Shown one piece after another: positions 10,569-22,398 of a stretch of 64,000 nucleotides of DNA (position 1 is the first letter of the stretch; every line of letters begins with the position of its first letter). The stretch lies in contig JBBISH010000005.1 in the NCBI GenBank assembly GCA_037441385.1, positions 45,392 to 109,391 of the forward strand, read 5' to 3'. The notes beneath the pieces were generated by a model. That model ran no database searches. It had not been told where the DNA came from and worked only from the letters and a program-made list of their open reading frames with translations. This stretch comes from Myxococcales bacterium (GTDB lineage Bacteria > Myxococcota_A > UBA9042). A program made the position numbers and the translations under genes.

Positions 10569-11591
10569 ATGTTCACCAGCGTCTCTTGGAACCCCCTGAC
10601 CCGTCGGCCGGTAGCCTTGGCCGCCGTGTTGCTGCTTGCGAGCGTGCTGGGCGGCTGTGTGTCGCAGCAGACCGGCAAGTCTGGCCTGCTCAAGTTCACC
10701 TATGCGGCGGACGACGACGTGCTCGACTTCAACAAGCCCATCGCGGTGGGGGCCAAGCTGGACCTGGTGATTACCGCGGTAGACGGCGGCAAGGCCGCGA
10801 CCGTGCAAGCTGCCACGTCGACGGACCCAACCTCGCTGTCCATCGTCGGGTTCTCGGGCAACAAGGTCACCGTGCAGTCCAACGCCGTGGGCAACGCCAC
10901 CATCAACGTCAGCGCACGCACCTCGGCCGGCAAGGACGTGACCGATTCCATCGACATGCGCACCGGCAAAGCGCTGAGCGTCAAGCTCACCACGGGATGC
11001 GGCGGGACCGGGACGCCGCTCTACCTGACGGGGCGGAACATCTTTGTGCCGTACGATCTGTTCGGTGCCAACAATACCCCTGCGATTGGCTACGGTTACC
11101 ACCCCTTGACCATCGCGCCGGCGGCCGGCCTGGCCCTGGATGCGACGAGCACGGCTCAGTGGGCCTACGCGTACCGCACCGGCAACACGCCGGGCACGGT
11201 GACGCTGTCCAGCACCCTGGACAAGAACAGCTGGGCGCTGCAGTTGGTCGACGAAGGCGCGATCGACGGCGCCAAGCTGGATATGCCGACGAACACGCTG
11301 GTTTTGGCCGGGACCACCGCGATTGTCTACGCGCGGCCTACGGTGGGCGGCCAGCCGCTGTGCCAAGCCGACGCCACCTTTGCCGTCAAGACGCAGACGA
11401 CAGACATTTGCGAGGTCAAAGCCGCCGGCCAGCAGCCCACTTCGCAGAGCATTGACGGTTGGAGCTTCGTCGAGGTCAAAGGACTGGCGGTGGGCGTGTG
11501 CAAGTTCGACGTGACGTGGCAGAACGCCAAGGGCGGCGCCGGGATCACCCAGACTTTGCAGGTCGACGTGGGCAAGGTGCAAAAGCCCTGA
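10569..11591 (+). CDS. Uncharacterised beta-rich (Ig-like) lipoprotein
   Basis: GGAGGA RBS; lipobox VLGG-C; T/G/V-rich beta-strand composition; GC3-biased codons. Confidence 0.75.
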   Translation: MFTSVSWNPLTRRPVALAAVLLLASVLGGCVSQQTGKSGLLKFTYAADDDVLDFNKPIAVGAKLDLVITAVDGGKAATVQAATSTDPTSLSIVGFSGNKVTVQSNAVGNATINVSARTSAGKDVTDSIDMRTGKALSVKLTTGCGGTGTPLYLTGRNIFVPYDLFGANNTPAIGYGYHPLTIAPAAGLALDATSTAQWAYAYRTGNTPGTVTLSSTLDKNSWALQLVDEGAIDGAKLDMPTNTLVLAGTTAIVYARPTVGGQPLCQADATFAVKTQTTDICEVKAAGQQPTSQSIDGWSFVEVKGLAVGVCKFDVTWQNAKGGAGITQTLQVDVGKVQKP

Positions 11592-11655
11592 TGGCAGCCC
11601 CAGTTCGAGTCCAGGGAACTTCTCGGCGACGCTGACCGATTTCGATGGACGCCTG

Positions 11656-12339
11656 ATGATTCGCCTGCAGACGCCGCCCCTGGCTGGCAAGCCCCGTATC
11701 GATGAGTTGGAACTCTGGTGTCGCAGCCAGGGGTTGTGGCCTGTGCTGGGAACCGACGAGGTCGGGCGCGGACCGCTGGCGGGGCCGGTGGTGGCGGCGG
11801 CGGTCGTGCTGGGCGACGAGGTGCCGCCGGGGCTGAACGACAGCAAGAAACTGTCTGAGATGGCACGTGAAAGGCTGGTTCCCCAGATCGAGGCCAGCGC
11901 GCTGGCCTGGGCGATCGAGCCGGCGTGGCCCGCCGAGATCGACGAAAAGAACATCCTGGGCGCGTCGCTGGCGGCGATGCAGCGCGCCTGTGACCGTGTT
12001 ATCGCGGACCTGGAAGAGCGCGGGCTGGAACTGCCGGCCGTCTTGCTGATCGACGGCAATCAGCCGCTGCGGCAGTGGCAGGTGTCGGCGCAGGCGACGG
12101 CGGTGCAGGGCGACGGGCGTTCGCTGGCCATCGCCGCGGCGTCGGTGTTGGCCAAGGTGTGGCGCGACCGCCACATGGTCGAGGCCGAAAGCCACTATCC
12201 CGGCTACGGTTTCGCGCAGCACAAAGGCTACCCCACGCCGGTGCATCTGGCGGCGCTGCAGAAGCTGGGACCGTGTCCGCTGCACCGCCGCTCTTTTGCG
12301 CCGGTGCGGCAGCAGGGGCTGTTTGGCGATGGCGCCTGA
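11656..12339 (+). CDS. rnhB: Ribonuclease HII
   Basis: GTDEVGRGPLAGPVVAAAV, LNDSKKL, IDGN, IAAASVLAKVWRD and HRRSF. Confidence 0.96.
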   Translation: MIRLQTPPLAGKPRIDELELWCRSQGLWPVLGTDEVGRGPLAGPVVAAAVVLGDEVPPGLNDSKKLSEMARERLVPQIEASALAWAIEPAWPAEIDEKNILGASLAAMQRACDRVIADLEERGLELPAVLLIDGNQPLRQWQVSAQATAVQGDGRSLAIAAASVLAKVWRDRHMVEAESHYPGYGFAQHKGYPTPVHLAALQKLGPCPLHRRSFAPVRQQGLFGDGA

Positions 12340-12730
12340 GGTTTCGCCGAGCCGGGCGCGCAAGCTCGCCGATCACGAAACCGGTCGCCGCGGTGAAGAG
12401 CTGGCCCTGCAGGTGGCGCGCGCGCGCGGCTGGCAGCCGTGGCAGCGGCAAGTCCGCGAGGGCAGGACCGAAATTGACTTGGCGCTGGTTCGCGACGAGG
12501 CGGACGGCCGGCACCTGTTGCTGATCGAGGTCAAGACCACCCGCGGCGCCGGCATCGATCACGCGCTGCGCTGGGGCCCGGCCCAACGGCGGCGGCTGTG
12601 GCGTGCGGCGGAACCGCTGATGCGGCAAGCCAATGCCTGCGAAGTATCCGTGGCGCTGGTGTTGGTGCGGCTGGCGCGCGATCACCACACCTTGACGTGG
12701 CTGGACGCGCCGCCCGACCTGGGCTTCTAA
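12329..12730 (+). CDS. yraN: YraN/UPF0102 family PD-(D/E)xK nuclease-like protein
   Basis: GRRGEELA, EIDL and LIEVKT; conserved position downstream of rnhB. Confidence 0.8.
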   Translation: MAPEVSPSRARKLADHETGRRGEELALQVARARGWQPWQRQVREGRTEIDLALVRDEADGRHLLLIEVKTTRGAGIDHALRWGPAQRRRLWRAAEPLMRQANACEVSVALVLVRLARDHHTLTWLDAPPDLGF

Positions 12731-12760
12731 GCGCGCCGCCTTCGCGGTAGCCTGACGACC

Positions 12761-13378
12761 ATGCGCATCCTGGTCGAAACTCCTGAATTCTTCGCCATCG
12801 ACAAGCCCGCGGGCCTACCGACCATCCCGGATCGGATGGGCTCGGCCAGCGTCCACAACCTTTTTGAGGCGGAAGTGGGGCAGAAGCTCTGGATCGTGCA
12901 CCGGCTGGACCGCGAAGTGACCGGGGTTCTGCTCTTTGCCCGCACGGCCGACAGCCATCGGGCGCTGTCGCTCGCGTTCGAGCACGGCCGGGCTCACAAG
13001 ACCTACCAGGCCTGGACCAGCGGCTTGGAGCCGGATCAGCGGCAGTTTCGCTGGCAGGACAAGCTGTTGCGTGGCAAGAAGCGGGCCTATGCCCACCCGG
13101 CGGGCAAGGATGCGATCACGCTGGCCGAATTCAGCGGGCCGGCGCCGCAGCCGGGTCTGTGGCAGTGGCAGCTGCAGCCGCTGACGGGGCGAAATCATCA
13201 ACTGCGGGTGCACCTTGCCTCGCGCGGCTGGCCGATTGCCGGCGATCTGCTCTACGGCAGCCCGGTAACCTGGCGTCCGGGCGAAATCGCTTTGCGCGCC
13301 GTGCGTTTGCAGCTGGAGCCGGCGGTGCTTGGCCGGCCGATCGCCGTCGAAGCGGGGCCGATCGAAAGTTTTTCTTGA
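12761..13378 (+). CDS. RluA-family RNA pseudouridine synthase
   Basis: [16 protein letters not shown] and [16 protein letters not shown]. Confidence 0.92.
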   Translation: MRILVETPEFFAIDKPAGLPTIPDRMGSASVHNLFEAEVGQKLWIVHRLDREVTGVLLFARTADSHRALSLAFEHGRAHKTYQAWTSGLEPDQRQFRWQDKLLRGKKRAYAHPAGKDAITLAEFSGPAPQPGLWQWQLQPLTGRNHQLRVHLASRGWPIAGDLLYGSPVTWRPGEIALRAVRLQLEPAVLGRPIAVEAGPIESFS

Positions 13379-13411
13379 CAGCCGCCGTTGGATACCTGAA
13401 CATCTGTCCAG
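13375..13411 (+). promoter_or_regulatory. recA promoter with Myxococcus-type LexA (SOS) box
   Basis: TTGACA at 13375-13380. The imperfect palindrome CTGAACATCTGTCCAG (13396-13411) closely matches the M. xanthus LexA consensus CTRHAMRYBYGTTCAGS and overlaps the expected -10. Confidence 0.7.
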
Positions 13412-13432
13412 TTGTCGGGCCGTGAGTCCGAG

Positions 13433-13532
<100 letters not shown>

Positions 13533-13568
13533 CCCCTTACTCATCCATCGTTGTCTACAGGAGTCACC

Positions 13569-14666
<1,098 letters not shown>

Positions 14667-14786
14667 GCTCCGGGTGGCCGCGCGACCTCGCGCGAAATCG
14701 ACGTAGTTTTCGCTAGTAGAAAATGCCCTGCATCTTGTGGCAGGCTCCGCCGGTCCGCACCTACCTCGACGGACCCGGAGTTGCCC

Positions 14787-15446
14787 ATGTCGCCCAAGCC
14801 GTATCAGAAGAACCCTGCCGCGCCCGCCGCCTCGGCCGACAAGGCCGCGAGCAAACCGACCTCGAAGCCTGCGGGCAGTTCGGCTGGCAAGCCCGCGCCC
14901 AAGCCTGCGAAGCCCGCCGCCAAAGCGCCGCTCAAGCGAGCGCCGGCCCATGAAGGGTGGTTGGCCACGGTGCTCGGCTTCCTGGACGCCGACGGTTGGC
15001 CGCACGAGACGGCCGAGGACGGGACCGCCGTCCTCACAGGGTACCAAGGCGAGAACGGCGTGTTGGCGCTGACGATCGAAGTTGAAGAAAGTGTCGGGCT
15101 TTTGGTGGCTCACGCCGTCTTGCCGGTCGGCTTTGGTCCGGCCGAGGGCGAAGAGAGCGACGAAGTTCCCGAGGGCGCTGAAGAAGCTGTGTCGGCAGTC
15201 GCCGAGCTGTGTCTGCGGCTGAACGCGGGCCTGCCAGTCGGCAGCTTCGACTTCGATCTGGACCAGACCGAACTGCGCTTCCGCATCGGTTTCTTGTTCG
15301 ACGGCGTGGATCCCCAGCCGCAGATCGTCCGCAACGCCCTGTATACGGTGGTGGATTCGGCCGACCGCTACTTGCCGCTGCTCGCGGCCGTCGCTTCGGG
15401 CCAGGCCGACGTCGAGAGCGCGATGGACATGCTCAACGAAGAATAG
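14787..15446 (+). CDS. YbjN-like (type III chaperone fold) protein with Lys/Ala/Pro-rich N-terminus
   Basis: FLDADGW..AELCLRLNAGLPVGSFDFDL..ELRFR pattern; AKP-rich first ~50 aa. Confidence 0.7.
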   Translation: MSPKPYQKNPAAPAASADKAASKPTSKPAGSSAGKPAPKPAKPAAKAPLKRAPAHEGWLATVLGFLDADGWPHETAEDGTAVLTGYQGENGVLALTIEVEESVGLLVAHAVLPVGFGPAEGEESDEVPEGAEEAVSAVAELCLRLNAGLPVGSFDFDLDQTELRFRIGFLFDGVDPQPQIVRNALYTVVDSADRYLPLLAAVASGQADVESAMDMLNEE

Positions 15447-15458
15447 CTCAAAGGTCGC

Positions 15459-17111
15459 TTACTTGCGCGGGCTGCACACGCCGGCGCGCAGCGACTGCAC
15501 CTCGGCCTTCAGGCTGTCGATCTGCTGCTGCTGGGTCTGCAGGGTCGCCACCGTCATCGATAAATAACCATACAGATCAACCATGTCGCGCTGGGCGTCC
15601 ACGGCGGGGCTCTGCGGATCGTCGTCGATGATGAAGCCGAGCTGGCGCTTGCCCTGCGGCCCGGCGGCCGTGTAGCGGTACGTGGCGAGCTTGGTGGCAA
15701 GCAGGCGCTGCGACAGCTGCTGCTCGGCCTGGCCGTCCAGGTAGTGGATGTCGGTCTTGTACTTGGCGCGCGAAATCGGGCAGCCACCCGCGTTCAGCTT
15801 GGGATCCTTGTCCGTGCACTTGAGCAGCGCGCCGCAGGGGTCTTTGGGATCGCACACCGCGCCGGGGCTGCTGCAGGCGGCGCCGAGCTTCTCGGTCGTG
15901 CAGAGCGGGACGTCGGCCTTGGGCGACCAGCCCTTGCACACCGGGTCGCCGCACGTGGCAAACCACGAGGTGGCGGCCACGATGCAGTCGCCCTTGTAGT
16001 TGACGTTTTGGCCGGCGCCGGCTGCCTCGCAGTCGTTGCCGTAGGTCTTGCCGTCGCAGCCGCACACCGGCATGTAAAAGGCTGGGCAGACTTCGCTTTT
16101 GGCGGCACAGGTGCCTTGGCCGCCGCAGACGCCCATGCCGGTGGACTTGCAGTACTGGCCGGCCGCGCAGCCCTTCTGGCTGGCCACGTCGCAGCCGCCG
16201 GTCGAGCTGCATTCGCCTGCGCTGGCTACGACTTGCCCGTCGCCGGCCGCGGAGCATGCGTTCCCATAGGTCTTGCCGTTGCAGCCGCACACGGGGGCGT
16301 ACTCCATGGTGCACGCCTCTGGCTTCTTGGCGCACGTGCCCATGCCGCTGCACTGGCCGGCGGCTGCGGAGCAGAAGTTGCCCGTGCCGCACATCTCGTT
16401 GACGCCGACCTTGCACTCGCCCGTGGCCTTGCATTCGCCGGTGTACGCCACGCTGGCGCCGGCCGCGGCGGCCATGCAGGTGTTGCTGTAGGTGATGCCG
16501 TTGCAGCCGCATACCGGCATCAATTCCTTTGTGCAGCCACTGGGTTTGGTGCTACAGGCGCCCGTGGTCGAGCACTGGCCCTGGGTCTTGGCGCAGTACT
16601 GATCACTTGCGCAGTCGTTGCTGCTGCTGCAGCCACCGGGGCTGGCATCGGTGCTGCCGGCGTCGTCGCAATAGCCGGGCGGCAACATGCAAGCGTCGGT
16701 GGCGTAGCAGGCCCAGCTGCCGCCGCTGCAGGTGCAGACCGTAGAGGGATAGCACTTGCCGCAGCAGCACTCTTGGCCCCACTCGCACTTCAGGCCGGCG
16801 TCGGTGCACTTGCCGCCGATCGGCGGATCTTTGGGGCAGTTGCTGGGGGACGTGTCAGCCACGGCGCCATCCACCGCCGCGGCCGAGTCGGCCACATCGG
16901 CCGGGCTGGCATCGGCGCTGCTCGTGTCCGCTTTGGCCGTGTCGGTTGCACTCGCGTCGCCCTGGGCGGCATCGCTCAAACTGCCGGTATCGGTTGCCGT
17001 ATCCGGGGTAGCGGCGGGCGCGCCGCCGGGGCTGTTCTCGCAACCGGCCGCCGCCGCCAGGGCCAGCGCGGCGAGCCAAAGGTCCCATCCAAATCGTTTG
17101 CTGGTGCGCAT
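15459..17111 (-). CDS. Cys-rich lipoprotein with three Kazal-type domains and a C-terminal peptidase S74 (intramolecular chaperone) domain
   Basis: Lipobox AAAG-C; 3x C-x5-PVCGC(N/D)GxTYxNxC; CPI-SRAKYKTDI..YRY..LGFIIDD..DLYGY followed by a coiled coil. Confidence 0.8.
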   Translation of the reverse strand: MRTSKRFGWDLWLAALALAAAAGCENSPGGAPAATPDTATDTGSLSDAAQGDASATDTAKADTSSADASPADVADSAAAVDGAVADTSPSNCPKDPPIGGKCTDAGLKCEWGQECCCGKCYPSTVCTCSGGSWACYATDACMLPPGYCDDAGSTDASPGGCSSSNDCASDQYCAKTQGQCSTTGACSTKPSGCTKELMPVCGCNGITYSNTCMAAAAGASVAYTGECKATGECKVGVNEMCGTGNFCSAAAGQCSGMGTCAKKPEACTMEYAPVCGCNGKTYGNACSAAGDGQVVASAGECSSTGGCDVASQKGCAAGQYCKSTGMGVCGGQGTCAAKSEVCPAFYMPVCGCDGKTYGNDCEAAGAGQNVNYKGDCIVAATSWFATCGDPVCKGWSPKADVPLCTTEKLGAACSSPGAVCDPKDPCGALLKCTDKDPKLNAGGCPISRAKYKTDIHYLDGQAEQQLSQRLLATKLATYRYTAAGPQGKRQLGFIIDDDPQSPAVDAQRDMVDLYGYLSMTVATLQTQQQQIDSLKAEVQSLRAGVCSPRK

Positions 17112-17235
17112 CTTCGCCTCCGCCGCGGCCCAACCAGGGTCGGCACGCCCACTAGCATAGCACAAATCGTGCCGGGCGCACGCCGCCGCAACCAGCTGAA
17201 AAGCAGAGTCATCCGCGAATTTCGCGGTGACGTTT

Positions 17236-17273
17236 GTGTGGAAAATATCTACACGTGTCGAAAATTACCACAC
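17236..17273. promoter_or_regulatory. Tandem palindromic operator-like site between divergent Kazal-lipoprotein and hutU genes
   Basis: GTGTGGAAAATATCTACAC is immediately followed by GTGTCGAAAATTACCACAC. Confidence 0.55.
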
Positions 17274-17386
17274 TGGCGCCGGCCGGGGCGCCGCAACGGC
17301 TTGGTCACGCGGCCCCTTTGCCCAGGCGCGCCGCTGTGCTACCAAGGCGCACGCATGCCACCCTGGTGGCGCCGAGGTTCCTGCCC

Positions 17387-19093
<1,707 letters not shown>

Positions 19094-19096
19094 ACG

Positions 19097-20392
19097 ATGG
19101 CCGAGCCCCGCCTGACCGGTCCGCTGTCGCGGCGCCGAGTGCGTTTGACGAATGCCGGGCATTTTCTGACTTGTGCTGGGCCGGAGCGCGGTCCGCTTGC
19201 CAGCTGGGAGCAACTGGGTTGCCACACGCACACGGACCTGGTGATTCGGCACGAGCTGCGTGGCGGCTGGCAGGTGGAGTGGATCGGGCCGGCCGGCAGC
19301 GCCCAGCGGCCTGATACCGACGCAACCATCGATTTGGGCGGGCGTTTGCTGCTCCCGGGCCTGGTGGACTGCCACACGCATGCGGTGTTCGCCGGGGATC
19401 GCAGCGGCGAATTCGTCCAGCGGCTCAACGGCCTGACCTATGCGGAAATCGCGGCGGCGGGTGGCGGAATTCTGCACACCGTGACCAAGACGCGGGCGGC
19501 GAGCGTGCCCGAGTTGGTCGAGGCGTCGGCGCCGCGCCTGCAGCAGATGGCCAAATGGGGCGTGCGGATCGTGGAGTGCAAGACCGGCTACGGCTTGGAT
19601 TTGGCGAGCGAGGTCAAGATCTTGCAAGCCATTGCCGCGCTGCGTGAGCGGTTCGCGGGCTCGATGCGGCTGGTGAGCACGGCGATGCCGGCGCACGCGA
19701 TTCCGCCCGAATTCAAAGGGAACCCCGATGGGTACGTGGCGGTGGTGTGCGAGCAGATTTTGCCAGCCCTGCGCGCCGCGGACCCCGAGTTGGCGTTCGT
19801 GGATGTCTTTGTGGAGAAGGGCTACTTCAACGTGCAACAGGCTGAGCGCATTGCTGAAACGGCCGCGAGCCTGGGGTTGCCGGTCAAGGCCCATGTCGAC
19901 GAGTTTGCCGACCTGGGCGGGGTCCCGTGGGCGGTGGAGCAGGGCGCCGCCTCCGTGGAGCACCTGTTGCAGACGGGCGAGAAGTCCGTGCGGGCGCTGG
20001 CGAAGTCGGGGACGGTGGCGGTTGGGTTGCCGCTGACCTCGGTGTTTCTCCGCGAGCCGTATGCGCCCCTGCGGCAGCTGGTCGACGCCGGCGCGCTGGT
20101 CGCCGTCGCGACGGACTGCAATCCTGGGTCCGCGATGACGACGAACCTGGTGCTGGCCATGCAGATGGCGGTTCTTGGGGCAAAGCTCAGCCCGCAAGAG
20201 GCGTTGCGAGGGGCGACGCGCTGCGCCGCGCTGGCCCTGCGCGAGCCTGGTGGTTACCGCGGGCGCCTGGCCGTGGGCGAGCCGTTCGTGGCGACGCTAC
20301 TGGACCTAGACGGGGTGGAACGGCTGTTCTACGAGCTTGGGCAGCCGCCCCGCGCGAGTGACCTCTTGACCGAGGCCGGCGTGCATGGGTAG
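19097..20392 (+). CDS. hutI: Imidazolonepropionase
   Basis: PGLVDCHTH, GGGILHTV, ECKTGYGL and ATDCNPGS; directly follows hutU. Confidence 0.94.
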   Translation: MAEPRLTGPLSRRRVRLTNAGHFLTCAGPERGPLASWEQLGCHTHTDLVIRHELRGGWQVEWIGPAGSAQRPDTDATIDLGGRLLLPGLVDCHTHAVFAGDRSGEFVQRLNGLTYAEIAAAGGGILHTVTKTRAASVPELVEASAPRLQQMAKWGVRIVECKTGYGLDLASEVKILQAIAALRERFAGSMRLVSTAMPAHAIPPEFKGNPDGYVAVVCEQILPALRAADPELAFVDVFVEKGYFNVQQAERIAETAASLGLPVKAHVDEFADLGGVPWAVEQGAASVEHLLQTGEKSVRALAKSGTVAVGLPLTSVFLREPYAPLRQLVDAGALVAVATDCNPGSAMTTNLVLAMQMAVLGAKLSPQEALRGATRCAALALREPGGYRGRLAVGEPFVATLLDLDGVERLFYELGQPPRASDLLTEAGVHG

Positions 20393-20505
20393 CGCCGTCG
20401 CGCGGACGCGCGCGATCACGACAAGGGTCGCTCAAAAGAAAGGGCGGGCATTTCTACCGGGCGTTTCTACTGCTTGAATTGATTGGGGAGTGGTGGGGCG
20501 CTCCG

Positions 20506-20556
20506 CAGTCATACGGAATCCGTCTAGTTCGGCTCGAAAACTCCGGCAATTCGTCG
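20506..20556. repeat. Dispersed intergenic element, copy 1 (matches 60357-60407)
   Basis: Ungapped manual alignment gives 40/51 identity. Confidence 0.65.
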
Positions 20557-20598
20557 CAGGTAGAAATTGCCCCCCAGTGTGGGGCGCGGGTCGGAGAG

Positions 20599-22116
20599 CT
20601 ACTTCATGGTCGGCATCACGAACTCGGCGCCTGCGCGAATTCCGGTCGGCCAGCGCTCGGTGGTGGTCTTGAGGCGGGTGTAGAAGCCGATGCCCTCGGT
20701 ACCGTAGACGTTGCGATCGCCAAAGATGGAGCGCTTCCAGCCGCCAAAGCTGTGGAAGGCCATCGGCACCGGGATGGGCACATTCACGCCGACCATGCCA
20801 GCCTGGACGCGGTTCACGAACGTCCGCGCGCAGTCGCCGTCGCGGGTGAAGATCGCGGTGCCGTTGCCGTACTCGTGGTCGTTCACCAGCTTGAGCGCGG
20901 TCTCGAAGTCGGGCACGCGGACCACGCAGAGCACGGGGCCAAAGATTTCTTCTTTGTAGATCCGCATCTCGGGCCTGACGTGGTCGAACAAGCAGCCGCC
21001 CAGGAAGAAGCCGTGCTCGGCCCCTTCTACCACGAGTTGCCGGCCGTCGACCGCCAGGACCGCGCCCTCGTCCACGCCCAGGTCCACGTACCCCCGCACC
21101 TTCGCGAAATGCTCTTTGGTGACCAGCGGCCCCATCTCGCTCGCCGGGTCCAGGCCTGGGCCGACCCGCAGGCTCTGCGTCCGCGGAATCAGCCGGGCCA
21201 CCAGCTCGTCCGCGATATCACCCACCGCCACCGCCACAGAAATGGCCATGCACCTTTCGCCCGCCGAGCCGTACGCCGCGCCGATGAGGGCGTCGACCGC
21301 CAGGTTCAGGTCCGCGTCGGGCATCACCACCATGTGGTTCTTTGCCCCGCACAGCGCCTGGGCGCGCTTCCCGTGCGCGCATGCGGTCTTGTAGATGTAC
21401 TCGCCCACCGCCGTCGAGCCCACAAAGCTCACCGCGGCGATCCCCGGCTCCGTCAGCAGTGTGTCCACGGCCTCGCGGTCGCCGTTCACCACGTTCAGCA
21501 CCCCCGGCGGCAGCCCGGCCTCGGTCATCAACTCGGCCAGGCGCATCGAGGTGCTCGGGTCCTTCTCGGACGGCTTGAGCACGAAGGTGTTCCCGCAGGC
21601 GATCGCCACCGGGAACATCCACATCGGCACCATCGCCGGGAAATTGAACGGCGTGATGCCCGCACAAACGCCCAGGGGCTGGCGCAGGCTGTACGAGTCG
21701 ATGTTGCGGCCCACGTTCTCGGTCACCTCGCCGCGCAGCAAGTGCGGGATACCGCACACGAACTCCACCACCTCGATGCCGCGCGTCACCGAGCCCTTCG
21801 CATCCTCGAAGGTCTTGCCGTGCTCGCGGGTCACCAGTTCGGCCAGTTCGTCCTTGTGCCTCTCCAGCAACTCCTTGAACTTGAACAGCACCCGCGCCCG
21901 CACCAACGGCGGCGTCTCGGACCACGGGCCAAACGCGGCCTGGGCATTCGCGATGGCGGCGCGCACCTCGTCGGCACTCGCCAACGCGACCTCGGCCGAC
22001 TGCTGACCGGTCGCGGGATTGAAGACGGCGCCAGAGCGGCCCGACTGGCCGGCGACTTTCTTGCCGGCGATGAAGTGCCCGATCGATGCGAGGTTGTTGC
22101 CTGCTGTGCTACCCAT
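20599..22116 (-). CDS. mmsA: CoA-acylating (methyl)malonate-semialdehyde dehydrogenase
   Basis: [36 protein letters not shown] and GVNVPIPVP. Confidence 0.95.
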   Translation of the reverse strand: MGSTAGNNLASIGHFIAGKKVAGQSGRSGAVFNPATGQQSAEVALASADEVRAAIANAQAAFGPWSETPPLVRARVLFKFKELLERHKDELAELVTREHGKTFEDAKGSVTRGIEVVEFVCGIPHLLRGEVTENVGRNIDSYSLRQPLGVCAGITPFNFPAMVPMWMFPVAIACGNTFVLKPSEKDPSTSMRLAELMTEAGLPPGVLNVVNGDREAVDTLLTEPGIAAVSFVGSTAVGEYIYKTACAHGKRAQALCGAKNHMVVMPDADLNLAVDALIGAAYGSAGERCMAISVAVAVGDIADELVARLIPRTQSLRVGPGLDPASEMGPLVTKEHFAKVRGYVDLGVDEGAVLAVDGRQLVVEGAEHGFFLGGCLFDHVRPEMRIYKEEIFGPVLCVVRVPDFETALKLVNDHEYGNGTAIFTRDGDCARTFVNRVQAGMVGVNVPIPVPMAFHSFGGWKRSIFGDRNVYGTEGIGFYTRLKTTTERWPTGIRAGAEFVMPTMK

Positions 22117-22263
22117 TTTCGCTCCTGACAGCGCGTCGGCTGCGGCGCGCACGGTACCGCCGGGCGCCGCGGAGATCAAATCGCCGGGGCTTCTTGGTCC
22201 GCTGCTGGATAGGGCCACGAACTAGAAAAGCAATTGCCGGCCCGGACCGCGCCAACCGCATCC

Positions 22264-22293
22264 TTGCACTTGGCCGGATGGCGTCCCTATACT
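22264..22293 (+). promoter_or_regulatory. Candidate sigma70 promoter for the LTD lipoprotein gene
   Basis: TTGCAC-N18-TATACT about 105 bp upstream of ATG 22399. Confidence 0.5.
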
Positions 22294-22398
22294 TGCTAGT
22301 TTGGCACGGCTGGTCCGCGACGCGTCGGCAACCCGCGTACACGTGGACGAGTCCGGCTTCTGGACCACAGCCCCGGGGCACGGGGCAAGGAAGACGAG

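Noticed and set aside
15459..15773. Prophage inferred from tail-fibre/S74-like and XRE genes
   Set aside because: There are no capsid, terminase, integrase or lysis genes; the fibre-like proteins have Sec or lipoprotein signals and sit among housekeeping genes.
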